From: Octopus sinensis
Taxonomy: Eukaryota
NCBI RefSeq assembly: GCF_006345805.1
Contig: NC_042997.1
Location: 117,428,001 to 117,492,000 of the forward strand
Reading direction: 5' to 3'
Length of the DNA stretch: 64,000 nucleotides
Part shown: one piece after another, positions 24,279-37,720 of the stretch
Layout: every line of letters begins with the position of its first letter
Position numbering within the stretch: the stretch's first letter is position 1
The notes under the pieces: generated by a model
Database searches by the model: none
Seen by the model: the letters and a program-made list of their open reading frames with translations, nothing else
Told to the model about the DNA's origin: nothing
Position numbers and translations under genes: made by a program

Positions 24279-24386
24279 AACACCCTGTTGTTGATGTTGA
24301 AATTCCAATGAAGGAGCTTTGCCTCTAGGTTAGAAACCGGTTCTTTCTCTATTGGCAAGAAATCTTGAAATAAAATTAAATAATGA
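24278..24386. mobile_element. ~110-bp element embedded in (CATA)n (copy 1)
   Basis: Homologous to 34553-34666; both copies are flanked by (CATA)n. Confidence 0.7.
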
Positions 24387-24404
24387 CATACATACATACA
24401 TACA

Positions 24405-24438
<34 letters not shown>

Positions 24439-24460
24439 CATACATACATACATACATACA

Positions 24461-24494
<34 letters not shown>

Positions 24495-25171
24495 CATACA
24501 TACATACATACATACGTCGAACTTCTGTTTCCGTCTACCAAACCCCGCAAGGCTTTAGTCCGCCAGGGGTTAAACTAGAAGGTACTTGCACAAGGTGCCA
24601 CGAAGTAGAACTCATCCCAGAACCCAGGAAACTCGGGATTAACTCGGATTATCAAAGGTCCTGATTATGGATTAAGTAACTTTACTGTAGCGAAAAAGCA
24701 TCTAACATTCACGAGCAAGTAACAGAATCGAACATTCTCTTGCATTCCGGTCTTTCTATGTCGTTGCACTTCTTACAGTGCAATTTCGTTGATCCGAAGT
24801 CGCTGAATAATTCACGAAACTCCTTTCTTTCTGGCTGTTTGTTCTTCTGTAATAACGTCGTTGATATCAAAGTAAAATCGGGAGAATGGTTTCAAGCAGG
24901 CGATATCAGTCTATAAATTAGATTCTGATCTACAATTAGCCAGTAATTCTTCGTCACTGATTAGCTGCGTTCTAGGGTAATAACTTTGTTTCAACTAATA
25001 CGAGTTAACTTGTTGTATTGATTTTTTTTCCCCACCGAGAATAAGTTGCAGTAGATTGATAATGATGTCGCTGATAGAAACTACTGACAATTAAGACATT
25101 TAAATCTCTTCCCAGTGCTCCGTTAAACACAGTGCGAAGAATAACGATATCTATATTCTAGACGCGATTTT

Positions 25172-25580
25172 CTTTTCTTTTATTCTTTTATATACTTCAG
25201 TCATTTGGCTGCGGCCGTGCTGGAGCACTGCCTTTCGTCGAACAAATCGATCCCAGGACTTATTCTTTGTAAGCCTAGTACTTATTCTATCAGACTCACT
25301 TGCCAAACCGCTAAGTTACGGGAACGTAAACACACCACCATCGGTTGACATGCGATGTTGGGGGGACAAACACAGACACACAAACATACACACACACATA
25401 CACACACACATATATATACGACGGGATTCTTTCAGTTTCTGTCTACCAAATCCACTCACAAGGCTTTGGTCGGCCCGAGGCTATAGTAGAAGACACTTGC
25501 CCAAGGTGCCACGCAGTGGAACTGAACCCGGAACCATGTGGTTGGTAAGCAAGCTACTTACCACACAACCACTCCTGCGC
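25172..25580 (-). mobile_element. tRNA-derived SINE family B
   Basis: Head aggagtggttgtgtggtaagtagcttgcttacc, internal (TA/CA)n, purine-rich tail. Confidence 0.9.
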
Positions 25581-25924
25581 TTCTTATTTTTTTGCCTCAC
25601 TACTCTAAGGATATTCTCCGTCTCACTTCAAACTTTCCTCAGCAATGAATCGAACGCATCTCCAGAAATGTCTCCTGTATAACGTTTACTCATCTCTCCC
25701 AACACTATTTAATCTCGACTGAATTTCTTGTTAGTTTTTCGGAGAGGTCTTTTTTTGCGTAGGAGTGACTGTGTGGTAAGTAGCTTGCTTACCAACCACA
25801 TGGTTCCGGGTTCAGTCCCACTGCATGGCACCTTGGGTAAGTGTCTTCTACTCTAGCCTCGAGCCGACCAAAGCCTCGGGAGGATTTGGTAGACGGAAAC
25901 TAAAAGAAGCCCGTCGTATATATG

Positions 25925-25965
<41 letters not shown>

Positions 25966-26443
25966 TATATTGATTTTATTATTGATAATACAATTTCTCT
26001 CTCCCTGCTTTTACTACGGTTCTCACTGTAAAAATTTGTTTACTCTATAACTCACGTGGATGGAAGCGGGAGGAATGCAAGACCTCATTCGTACTTTTTG
26101 AATTTGTTGGTACTGGCAGTTGAAGATGGTTTGTCTGAGATTACTCATATCAGACGGGTATGTTCGAGTTTTAGTGCTTTCAAATCCAAATATAAGAAAT
26201 GTTGAGCTGACAAAGGAAGTGTTGAGTTTTAAATTCAACTAATCCAGAAACGTAACATTCTCAAATTATCTTTGTACATGTGATATTTGGTTGTTTTTCC
26301 CTCCATATCTGCGTGAATTATTTTTGAGTAAACACTGTCTGGGAAATTTTTGAGAAATAGCTAAAAAAACTTTTTGGCTGCTATTTCTAAAAGTTTCAGT
26401 GTGTGGTAAAGTAAATTATTTTACTGAGCCCTATTTATATAAC

Positions 26444-26477
<34 letters not shown>

Positions 26478-26479
<2 letters not shown>

Positions 26480-26695
26480 TCTTTTACTCTTTTACTCTTT
26501 TACTTGTTTCAGTCATTTGACTGCGGCCATGCTGGAGCACCGCCTTTAGTCGAGCAAATCGACCCCGGGACTTATTCTTTGGAAGGCCAGTACTTATTCT
26601 ATCGGTCTCTTTTGCCGAACCGCTAAGTGACGGGGACGTAAACACGCCAGCATCGGTTGTCAAGCAATGCTAGGGGGACAAACACAAACACACAA

Positions 26696-26770
<75 letters not shown>

Positions 26771-26934
26771 TACAACAGGCTTCTTTCAGTTTCCGTCTAC
26801 CAAATCCACTTACAAGACATTGGTTGGCCCGGGGCTATAGCAGAAGACACTTGCCCAAGATGCCACGCAGTGGGACTGAACCCGGAACCATGTGGTTTGT
26901 TAGCAAGCTACTTACCACACAACCACTCCTGCGC
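26478..26934 (-). mobile_element. SINE family B, full length
   Basis: Same consensus with (gtaaaaga)n tail; further copies or halves at about 25760, 27830, 29010, 46675, 47985 and 49695. Confidence 0.9.
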
Positions 26935-26935
26935 C

Positions 26936-27009
<74 letters not shown>

Positions 27010-27013
27010 ATAT

Positions 27014-27073
<60 letters not shown>

Positions 27074-27203
27074 GTATATATATATATGTTATATATATGT
27101 ATATATATGTATATATATAGATATATATATATATATGTATATATATATGTATGTATATATATGTATATATATATGTGTATATATATATGTATGTATATAT
27201 ATG

Positions 27204-27235
<32 letters not shown>

Positions 27236-27246
27236 TATGTAATATA

Positions 27247-27285
<39 letters not shown>

Positions 27286-27328
27286 ATATATATATATGTA
27301 TATATGTATATATATATATATATGTATG

Positions 27329-27363
<35 letters not shown>

Positions 27364-27425
27364 TATATATATATATGTATATTATATATATATATATGTG
27401 TATATATATATTATATATATATATA
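26935..27425. repeat. Long (TA)n/(TATG) microsatellite
   Basis: Direct reading. Confidence 0.95.
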
Positions 27426-27487
27426 GAATTTTTGCGTAATAAAATAAAACACCAAGGTTGTATAGATATTAGAGCATTTATAGATAG

Positions 27488-27539
27488 ATCTTACAGCTGT
27501 TTCTAGGATATTAATTAATAATATCCCTTCATCGGAGAC
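27488..27539 (-). ncRNA. Type I hammerhead motif, CCGAUGA core variant
   Basis: gtct-CCGATGA-a-gggata..tatcct-a-GAAA-CAGCTG-TA-agat; palindromic stem III. Confidence 0.6.
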
Positions 27540-28648
27540 GGCGTGAGAGGAAAATTAAGTCATAGTTAGTTTAGATGTGATACAAAATAGAGAGTGAGGT
27601 GGAGGAAAGAAAATAGATGTAAAATATGTATGGGTATTGAATTTGTAAATCCGTTTTATAGGCATAATAGTATATATGCAATATTCCAATATCCTTTGAG
27701 TAAAATTCAAAAGTCCAACAGAGTTTAATATGATTCCTTCCAAACATAGAGTTTATAAGCAATGTAAGATTCCCTTATGAGTGAAATGCAGCAGATTTTT
27801 AAACTTGGTCATTCTCAGTAAGGAAGTTGTGTGTGTGTATATATTTGTGTCTGTGTCCCCCCCCCCCATCGCTTGACAACCGATGCTGGTGTGTTTACGT
27901 CCCCGTAACTTAGCGTTTCGGCAAAAGAGACCCATAGAATAAGTACTAAGCTTACAAAGAATAAGTCCTGGGGTCGATTTGCTCGACTAAAAGCGGTACT
28001 CCAGCATGGCCACACTCAAATGACTGAAACAAGTAAAAGAGTAAAAGAATATTCTCTTCTGATAACGGAGATTTTCATTAATATTTCGTTAAGTAGACAT
28101 TTTATTTTATTTTCTGTGTATTTTCTTACTCGGCGGCGAGCTGGCCGAATCGTTAGCACTGCGTACAAAAGTACTTGGCGAAAGTTTTTCTTGCTATTTA
28201 CATTCTGAGCCCAAATCACACAGAGGTCAACTTTGCCTTTCATCCTTTTGAGGTCCATTAACTAAAGAACCAATCAAGTACTGGAGTCGGTGTGGTCAAC
28301 TTGTCCCCTCCCTTCAAAACTACTGGCCTTAAACCTAGCAACTGACCGGCGTACCGTTGAGGGGAATGTTGTACTCTCGGCCACTTATACGCGGTGGAAA
28401 CCAAGTAACCAGTCGTATGTGACCCAAAACTCAAAAACATATTCGCCTAATATTAGTGCAGCGGTACATAAACACAACCAAAACATGATGGGGTTGTGAG
28501 ACTAAAAAAGTAGATTGGGGATTCACTGAGGATCATAAGCTATACCGGGATGCTCTCCGTTTTTTTTGGTGTTGCTATCATTTTGCGTTAGCTGTTGTCG
28601 TTCTGTCCAGCTCTATTTATTGGTGGGGCACAAACACAGACACAAAAG

Positions 28649-28685
<37 letters not shown>

Positions 28686-28937
28686 ATCACGTGATCACGT
28701 AACCGACCAGGCCATCAGATGTTGCTACACACATCGCTTCGCATTGTTTTTGCCTTCAACGACACCACCCCGCTGGCTAAGCGAGCAGGCCAACAGAAGA
28801 AAGAGTGTGAGAAAGTTGTGGTGAAAGAGTACAGCAAGGATAACCCCCCTCCCCCTGCCGGGGCCTCGTGCAGCTTTAGGTGTTTTCGGTCAATAAACAC
28901 TCACAACGCCCGGTCTGGGAATCGAAACCGCGATATG

Positions 28938-28999
<62 letters not shown>

Positions 29000-29762
29000 T
29001 ATATATATAATCATATACGCCGGACTTTCAGTTTCCGTCGACTAAATCCACTGAAAAAGCTTTGGTCGGCCCGAGGCTATACTAGAAGACACTTGCTCAA
29101 GGTGTCACGTAATGGGACTGAACGCAGGATCATGTTGTGTAGAAGCAAACTTCTAACCACACAGCCACGCCTGCACCAGTAATATTTCACATTTATGAAA
29201 TGCGAAATAAGATAGTGTTGGTTCTTTTTTAACTTTCTTCAAGGCATTAACAACATCGGTGAAGTGAAATGATCATAACCGGTAATCGAAACCGGATCGC
29301 TGATATCCTAAGCTACCACCCACTCAGTTGTACGTACCACTGTTGCTAAAGGGTTTCTGCTAAAGCTTTTACATCCGTTTCACGATTTTCATAAAAACAG
29401 CTGTGGTAATCAGAGAGAGAATTGTTGTATCGATTTATCGATTTTTCGCCATAGTTTGGTTTTCTGCCGTCGATTACCTTGTAAAGAGTGAAAAGATGCA
29501 ATTAATTGAAATATCGTAACCTTTTATTAATTATCGGATAATGTTTGTTTTTGTTGTTGTTGTTGTTAATGGTAGAAGAGGTTGCTTTTGGTGGCAATGG
29601 CGGTTCGGCGGCGATGGGGCTGGGGGGCGATAGAGGAGACGTTGATTCAGAGGTGGAGTCGATGGTTGTGATGCATTGATAACAGTATGGGGTGATCGGC
29701 GTCGATGTTGCTGCGACTGCAATATTGTCAGGTTGATTATGTTGCTAGCACTAATGCTGTTC

Positions 29763-29818
<56 letters not shown>

Positions 29819-30575
29819 ATAGTTGTGGTGGTGGTGGCGGCGGCGGTGGCGGCGAATGGATTAGTCTTAATAATAATAATGACGGTAGGAAGAATGTGAT
29901 GTGTAAAGTTACATATGGAGTCACAAGTACAGCAGTCTTTCTTCCTTGCCTCATCCCGCATATTATATATATTCGCGTTTGCAATATTTCATTTTGATAG
30001 AATTTAAAATAGATTTATTAACACAAATCACAAATAATTTCAAAACAATATTATTGCTGCAATTGCTATTGCTATTGTTCTTGTTCTTATTGTTTTATTT
30101 TCGTTGTCACTCCTTCTCTCACCGTGTTCCATCCATCTTCCTTCTTTATCTTTAAAATTGATGAAATCCATGTATGTGCTCAGGGACGACTCTTTTCATC
30201 CAATGTAACTTTGCGCTATACACGGTGAACTGGTAGAGTCGTTAGAGCATTTGATTATGTCCTCATGGTATTTTTTCTTACACTATGCACCAGTTCAAAT
30301 CCCGCCGAGCTCAATATTGTCTTTTATCCATTCGGTGGGTGATAAAATAAAGTATCGATTCATGGTGATGGATTAGCGGAACTGTAAGAACGCCGGACAT
30401 AGTGTCTTGTGCTATTTAGTTCCGGATCATTGGGGCCCCATGTTCCAACCTCGTCATGGCTTGCATACGGATAGACATAATACATCATCCGCTTTTATAC
30501 CTTTTCCGGGCAGTATGAGTACCTTTAACAGACCCCACTCTGTTGCAAGCATTCAAATTAAGTTACTGGTTAGAG

Positions 30576-30818
30576 CAGTGGTTCTCAACCATTTTTTGTC
30601 TATGAGTCCTTTTTTACTCGAGTGGAACCCTATAGCCATTTGATATTTAAAATATCCCGTTATATTTTTATAGTTAAATATTAGGAATTTTATTCTTTAA
30701 AAATTATTAAAATATCTTGAGTATTGTAGAGATATAACTGATTTATTGCACATGATTTTTAACAACTAAATCTTATAAGAATCTCCAAGGGTCATATGGG
30801 GCCTGGTCGAGAACCAGT
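30576..30818. mobile_element. hAT-type MITE
   Basis: TIR cagtggttctcaacc / ggtcgagaaccag. Confidence 0.7.
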
Positions 30819-33252
30819 TGGTGAGAGGGTGCCTGTAAAGGGTCATATGTACCGCCTACAGTGTCTAGTAAAAGACAAGCAAAAAATATCAGAGTTGGTT
30901 AAATGTCTTCGTCTTTTTATTACTTACTTGTCTCGGTCAATTCGACTGCGTCCATGCTGGGGTGAGGCTTTGAAGGTTTTAGTCGAACAAATTGCCTGCA
31001 GTACTTATATTATATAAGTGGTATTTATTTTATCGATCTCTTTTGCTATATTGCTATATTACCAGAACGTAAACAAACCAAAACCCTTTGTCATACAGTG
31101 AGGATGACAAATACAGAGTGAAAATGTTTGCTTTAGCTTCCTAGGTTGTTTGGTGATCTTATAATATTTCGGGAAATATTTCCCTTTTCAAATACAAGAG
31201 TGAAAATAATCAGAGTTTGAAGAAGTACGCTGTTATTGGCAGGGCTGAAACTCTCGACAATTTATTAACCCATCTATTTCAATTTTCCATTTAGGTGGTT
31301 TAAAATAACAGTCAATAAAATTTGTTTGTTCTCTTGTTTTTGTTTTGTTTTTTTTTTACATGAGACAAACTTAGAAGAATTCACAATTCCATATCCTTTC
31401 AGTGAAATTCAGAATTTTCCATTAAAATAAGCAAATATAAAGAATTTCATTATTTAGCAGATTTATCACATAAATAGGTTTATTTTGCCGCAAAACTTAT
31501 TCAAAAATTCCTGTCATGCAAATAATTATGTAATTATGTTCAGTATTATCTACATACATCACGATTATTGAATAAACCTGAAGGTATTCACAAATACCTA
31601 ATAGACGAATTTTTATTTCTTTGTAGCCCATTGTTTTTCTTAATTATATACATCTTATACAACGTTCAAAGCATTCTGATTATACGTAAAAAAAAGAGAA
31701 CATCTGCCGTTACTGATCAGAAAATCGATTAGTACACACTGATATCGGTCAGTCCTACTTTCAACTGTTTATAATTTACATTACGAATGCTCTGGGGGAG
31801 AAAACTTAAACATCATACTGTTATATTTATCTTTTTCCCCCTGTTTGTTGTATGACAACATTGCCTACAACCACAATTGTCAATCACGGTGGTTGTTATA
31901 ATAAAGAAATGAGTTCTCTGTATGCTTAAAGTCGCACGATCTGCTAGAAATAGCAACAAAATCTTTCTCAAACCAAACCTCAGTGTATTAAACAAAGAAA
32001 GGCTATATTAGATACTGAATAGTCGTATATATCCTTGAATGGTTGCAGTTGTAATGCATTTGATAATAGGAATTCTCGGTCAAAGTCGGCTTGGGATGAA
32101 AAATAACAACTGTCTTTCAGGTTTCGATCGAAACCAATTTATAGGAAGTCGTGAAAGTTGAGATTAATCGAGATGACGGATTAAACCTATCGCCTAAATT
32201 AATCCGTGATGCGATTCAAACTCAGAACGCAAAGAGCCAGGACAAATTCTGTAAGATGCCCAATTCAGCATTATCATTAATCTGTCAGTCCACGCACCCA
32301 GGACTGGTGCATTTTATCGCCCCCGAAAGGGAGGAAGGTAACGCTGATCTCGGTAAGATTTGAACTCAGACTGCAGTGTGAAGCATTCTATACAAACACT
32401 GCAACGACTTGCCAATTCACCGCCTTGCCGTTAGGTTTCTGCTTTCCTTCACCAACTAAGAGGCAAATTTCAGTTCATTACGATTTTTTTTTAAATATAC
32501 CACTCAGAACATCAACAATCTTAATTCACTTACAGCTATTCATTTCGTTTGTAAACATTCTTCAGACTTAGACCCTATGGTTGCTATCTCCTTGAACAGT
32601 GAATAAACTCGACAGAAATTCGACACAATTACAATTTTAAAAGAGTGTGGCTAACATTATTTGTTCCTTGACATTAATGTTGATGATGATGCTTTTCTCT
32701 TCTCGTTTCCCTCGTTATCGATTATTAAATTTCTTTTCTGACCAAATAAAAAGAAATGCTGGCGGCAAAGGTGGGGAAGATTATTTCTTTTCTAAATATT
32801 AAGAGAGGAAACATACAACAATGATGCTATGCTCATCTTCCATCTTAAGTGCTATTAAACTGATCTAAACAATTGGATTCCGCCGGAAACATTCTGTTCG
32901 TACAAAGAAGACTCAAGAACATATATCACTGCTCTATTATATCGCCAGAATCGGTAGAGCGTCGAACAAAATGCTTTACGTTATTTGCTCCAGTTCTTTA
33001 CGTCCTGATTCGTTATTCAACCAACGTCAACTTTGGCTTTCATCCTTTCGGAGTCGATAAAATAAATTACCGGTCAAGCATTAAGGTCGATGGTATCCAC
33101 TAATGCCTTCCCCTCAGATTTACTGGCCTTCTGCATCAGTCAGGATTATTTTATCGTTGGAATCGTTAGCTCATCGACTAATGTCTTATGCGCCTTTACG
33201 ATTACGAGTGGAGAACGATTAAGAGTGGAGAATTGATAGAATTATCAGAGCG

Positions 33253-33648
33253 ATGTGCTGGCAGAATCGTTAGCACGCCAGGCGAAATGCTTAGCGGTAT
33301 TTCGTCTGCCGTTACGTTCTGAGTTCAATATCCGCCGAGGTCGACTTTGCCTTTCATCCTTTTGGGGTCGATAAATTAAGTACCAGTTACGCACTGGAGT
33401 CGATCTAATCGACTTAATCCGTTTGTCTGTCCTTGTTTGTTCTCTCTGTGTTTAGCCCCTTGTGGGTAGTAAAGAAAAAGGTATTTCGTCTGCCGTTACG
33501 TTGTGAGTTCAAATTCCGCCGAGGTCGACTTTGCTTTTAATCCTTTCGGGGTCGGTAAATTAAGTACCATTTACGCACTGGGGTCGATGTAATCGACTTA
33601 ATCCCTTTGTCTGTCCTTGTTTAGCCCCTTGTAGGCAATAAAGAAATA
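33253..33648 (+). mobile_element. Dimeric SINE family A with 15-bp TSD
   Basis: TSD agaattatcagagcg at 33238-33252 and 33649-33663. Confidence 0.9.
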
Positions 33649-34069
33649 AGAATTATCAGAGCGTCGGACAAATATCTTATGGTATTTAGTTACGCTCCTT
33701 TACATTCGAAGTTCACATTACCCTGCAGTCAATGTTGCACTTTCTCTTTCCACTGTGGATAAGTTAAAGTACCAGTCAAGTACAGAGGTCGATTTAAACG
33801 ATGTAAACGTCCTCCAAAAATGTCTGTCCTTGTGCTTATCCTAGAAACGACTAAGGTGAAGTATTGACACAATTTTTAGAGCGTCGGAAAAACACCATAT
33901 GATATTTCTTCCGACTCTTTACGTCACGAGTTCAAATCCTGTCAGGGTCAATTATACCTTGCTCAACAGAAAAAAAAATAAAATGTACCCATGAATTTAA
34001 ATATGTAAAATTTTTTGTTCAGTATCGACTGAGAAACATCCAGAAATCTTAGTGCTGGGCTAAGGACGA

Positions 34070-34400
34070 TAAAATTTAGTCTGCCACCAATTCCAGCAAC
34101 ATCGAATTGTTGTAGTCTTCTTTTGAAGCACCTGTTGCTCTATTACGCATTAAAGATGGAAAATCTCCACTCAGACAATCAAAAGAAATACTGAACAAGT
34201 GGAAACAACACTCCAGCAGAACGGGACTGAAAAGCCACAAAATAATAACAAAATGCCATGGATACGGCAAGATTTGCCTATCAGCGCGGGGCTTGAAACA
34301 GCAGAAAGTGACTCCTGCTGTGAGGGGCAGTCTTGTATGTAACATCTGTTCCAATCAGTGTAGGTCACTTGCCGGCCTGAAAGGTTACTCCCTTGAAACA
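34070..34400 (+). mobile_element. Degraded RTE-like LINE 3' end
   Basis: GSLVCNICSNQCRSLAGLK zinc-finger-like terminus. Confidence 0.5.
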
Positions 34401-34552
34401 TTTCGATTCTGAAATGCGTCAAGCGATGGCTATACACAAGAACGAGGAAGTGGCCGTCTCACACACACATATGCATATACATACATACATACATACATAC
34501 ATACATACATACATACATACATACATACATACATACATACATACATACATAC

Positions 34553-34666
34553 AAAAATATCTTGTTGTTGATGCTGAAATTCGAATGAAAGAGCCTTGCC
34601 TCTAGGTTAGAAACCGATTCTTTCTCTCTATTGGCAAGAAATCTTGAAATAAAGCTGAGCAACGAC
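34553..34666. mobile_element. ~110-bp element embedded in (CATA)n (copy 2)
   Basis: Homologous to 24278-24386. Confidence 0.7.
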
Positions 34667-34901
34667 ACATACATACATATAGTGCATGAAGCTGGTGACT
34701 TTACTCGAAATTTCTCGCTGGATACGATTTTTCATGCGAGAAAGGAGATGAAACAGAGTGAATCACCAGCTTCATACTAAAACTCTTCCTTTCGTTTGTT
34801 AAAATTTAATATCTTTTCTTAAAAAAGATCAATTACTATCACCATCACTCAGAGGTTGTCACTAAAATGGACATCAGTCAATTCGAACGATTCGAAAATT
34901 T

Positions 34902-35078
34902 AGGCGCAGGAGTGGCTGTCTGGTAAGTAGCTTGCTAACCAGCCACATGGTTCCGGGTTCAGTCCCACTGCGTGACACCTTGGGCAAGTGCCTTTTACTA
35001 AAGCCTCGAGCCGACCAAAACCTTGTGAGTAGATTTCGTAGATGGAAACTGAAAGAAGCCCGTCGTATATATGTGTAT

Positions 35079-35135
<57 letters not shown>

Positions 35136-35358
35136 GTGTGTATCTGTGTTTGTTCCCCCAACATCGCTTGACAACCGATGCTGGTGTGTTTACGTCCCTG
35201 TAACTTAGCGGGCGGTTCGGCAAAAAAAAAACCCATAGAATAAGTACTAGGCTTACAAAGAATAAGTCCTGGGATCGATTTGCTCGACTAAAGTCGTTGC
35301 TTCCACATGGCCACAGTCAAATGACCGAAACAAGTAAAAGAGTAAAAAAGAGTAAAGA
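34902..35358 (+). mobile_element. SINE family B, full length
   Basis: Head and tail as above. Confidence 0.9.
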
Positions 35359-37209
35359 ATATCTCTACGTCAGTGTTCATGGGTCATTGTTTCCCTGGAT
35401 GTGTTAGTGTCTGCGCATGTGCGTGTATATGTCACTGTTTCCGGTATGGCTTCAAAGTTAAAATAGATTTTCAATAACATCCTATTGTCACTGCTTGAGA
35501 TATCATTGATCGAACGAATTGAATCGTTCGAATTGATTGATGTCCATTTTAGCGACGGCCTCTGAGTGATGGTGGTAGCAATCGATCTTTCATAACAAAA
35601 AGATGTTTCCAATGGCTTTTTTTTTTTAATCGGATCTGTCGATTGTAAGTCGTGACAGAAGTGTCCCCGTCTTTCGGTAACAGACTGGGATTTGAACTTA
35701 TTGTCTGCACATATATATGTGTGGGTGTGTGGATGTTTGTATGCACAAATACATATATGAATGTGTATATATGAGTGTGTGTACATATGAATGTATTTAT
35801 ATACATGCATGAGTGTGCATGTGTGTGTGTTTGTGTGTGTGTGTGTATGTTTGTGTGTGTGTGTGTGTTATGTTTCGAACTTAGTTGACGTTTCAGTGTA
35901 ATGTTAATTTTATTTTGATGCTTCTAGGGATATTACTTCTAGGAAATTTCTCTTATTTAAATCTTTTTTAAGAAAAATCTTTCACTTCGACAACGCATGT
36001 CAATTGGTGATCGTTCTATGAAGAAATTAGTCATTGACCCTGATGAGAGCTTTTGAGGACCGTTTCGAGTTATGGAGTACAAGAATGATGTAAATAATGT
36101 TTCTTCTGACGTTGGCAAGTTTGTTACTATATATGTAGGATCTTACTTCAAAGTGCTTCTCTCTCCAGTTTAGATAGGTTTGTTCAGTATTAGATTTATT
36201 TGTGGAGACATACAATGGCCCGATAGAAAGTCTTAAGTACTTCTTTATTATCTCCCCTTGACCATTTTTCATTCTTTTATCTCTTGGTTATTTGATAACG
36301 AGCGTGGATGACCATCTGTTGGAATATTCCAGTTGCTCCTGTGTTTCGGGAAGATTTGAACCTGTAGCTGATTTTTCACACCCATTCTGGTTCCTCACTG
36401 GGGTGCGCGGCCCTAGTTGACTCGGGTGACGGCAGATTCGGTGTGTACATTGCTTTGTTATCATCGTGGCATGGATGTTGACATTAGGGGACGGATCTGT
36501 CTGTTTAGGGTTAACTTTTTGAGACAACACCGCCTCCGAGATCTCTGAATGAAAACATTGCTCGTAACGTAGCTTCTTAAGGCTAACAGGTCTGCAATCG
36601 TCTTTTTTTCTTTTCTTTCTTTTTGACAGATTTATCTCTAGGCATAGTGGTTTTGTGTTTTTAAACTCATGAATTGTTCACTCTGTCAATGTTAGTTCGA
36701 AGAAAATTGTTTTGTTATTGTTTTGCTTCGTTTGTGGCACGTGCTTTCATAGGCGCGTGTGTGTCCTGTAAATTTCATGTAGTTGTATAAACATTGGGGT
36801 GTGTGCGTAGTCCTGTAGATATTAAAATGTATATATAATTGCATAAACATTCGAGTGTATGCGTAATTAATCAATTTACGTACTTACTGTTTTTCTTTTC
36901 CATTTATATTTTATAATTTGTAAAATGTCCGATGTTGATCTCGCATATGTTTCACTGAGACAACGAGCATGGGAGAAGCTGTGCTTTGTATGGCAGTAAA
37001 ATTTCGTTTTTGTGATTATTTCGTTAAAAGGCCTCTTCCTTCAAGTCTTCCACAGATTCCTTTTTTTCCATCCCACCGATGTTATTAGATTAGGTTTGTT
37101 TTTGTATGGAGAGCCCTGTGTAGCACGTCCATATTGTTATTCAGCGCGGAGCTGAATCTATTATTATTATCATTATTATTATTCCCCCTCCACCCTCCTC
37201 CTCCTTCTT

Positions 37210-37720
37210 CTTCGGCTACCTGTCATAGGTCGATGTTGACTGTCTCTGGCAGACTCGTATGTAGGTTACAAGGCCTGCTCTAGATTTGCAGCAGTGATGT
37301 CATCTGCTGCAGTTGAAGCTACTTGACTCAAAGGAGACGTGACGCCTCTCATGTGCTCTTTTCGTATTCTCTCTGTTCGTTCTCCTCAATGGCTGGGATT
37401 ACGAGACTCAGCGATCGGTGCCATTCGTCGCACCGCAGAATCTTCTCTTAGTTGACTGGGAAGACGCTGGAGTTCTTCAAATGTCTCTGCAGGATATCCT
37501 TGTATCGCAACCTCTGATTACCACGGCTCCACCTGCCTTGATGCAGTTCAGCATGGAAAACTGCCTTTGGGAGCCTGGAGCCCTCCATCCTACAAGTATG
37601 TCCTGCTCAGCACAGCTGCGATGAGGAAATGAGAGCCTCCACACCAATTGCGCCAGCGCGACTCAGGACCTCTACACTAGGAATGTGATCCTGCCATCTG
37701 ATATGCAAGGTGGAGCGATC
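37210..37720 (-). mobile_element. RTE-clade LINE 3' fragment
   Basis: AGHTCRMEGSRLPKAVFHAELHQGRWSRGNQRLRYKDILQRHLK. Confidence 0.75.

Noticed and set aside
24660-26400. Possible decayed DNA transposase between SINEs
   Set aside because: Only faint motif resemblance with many stops; a family could not be supported.
36035-36075. CTGATGA at about 36045 as a hammerhead
   Set aside because: No stem II closing onto GAAA in the right order.
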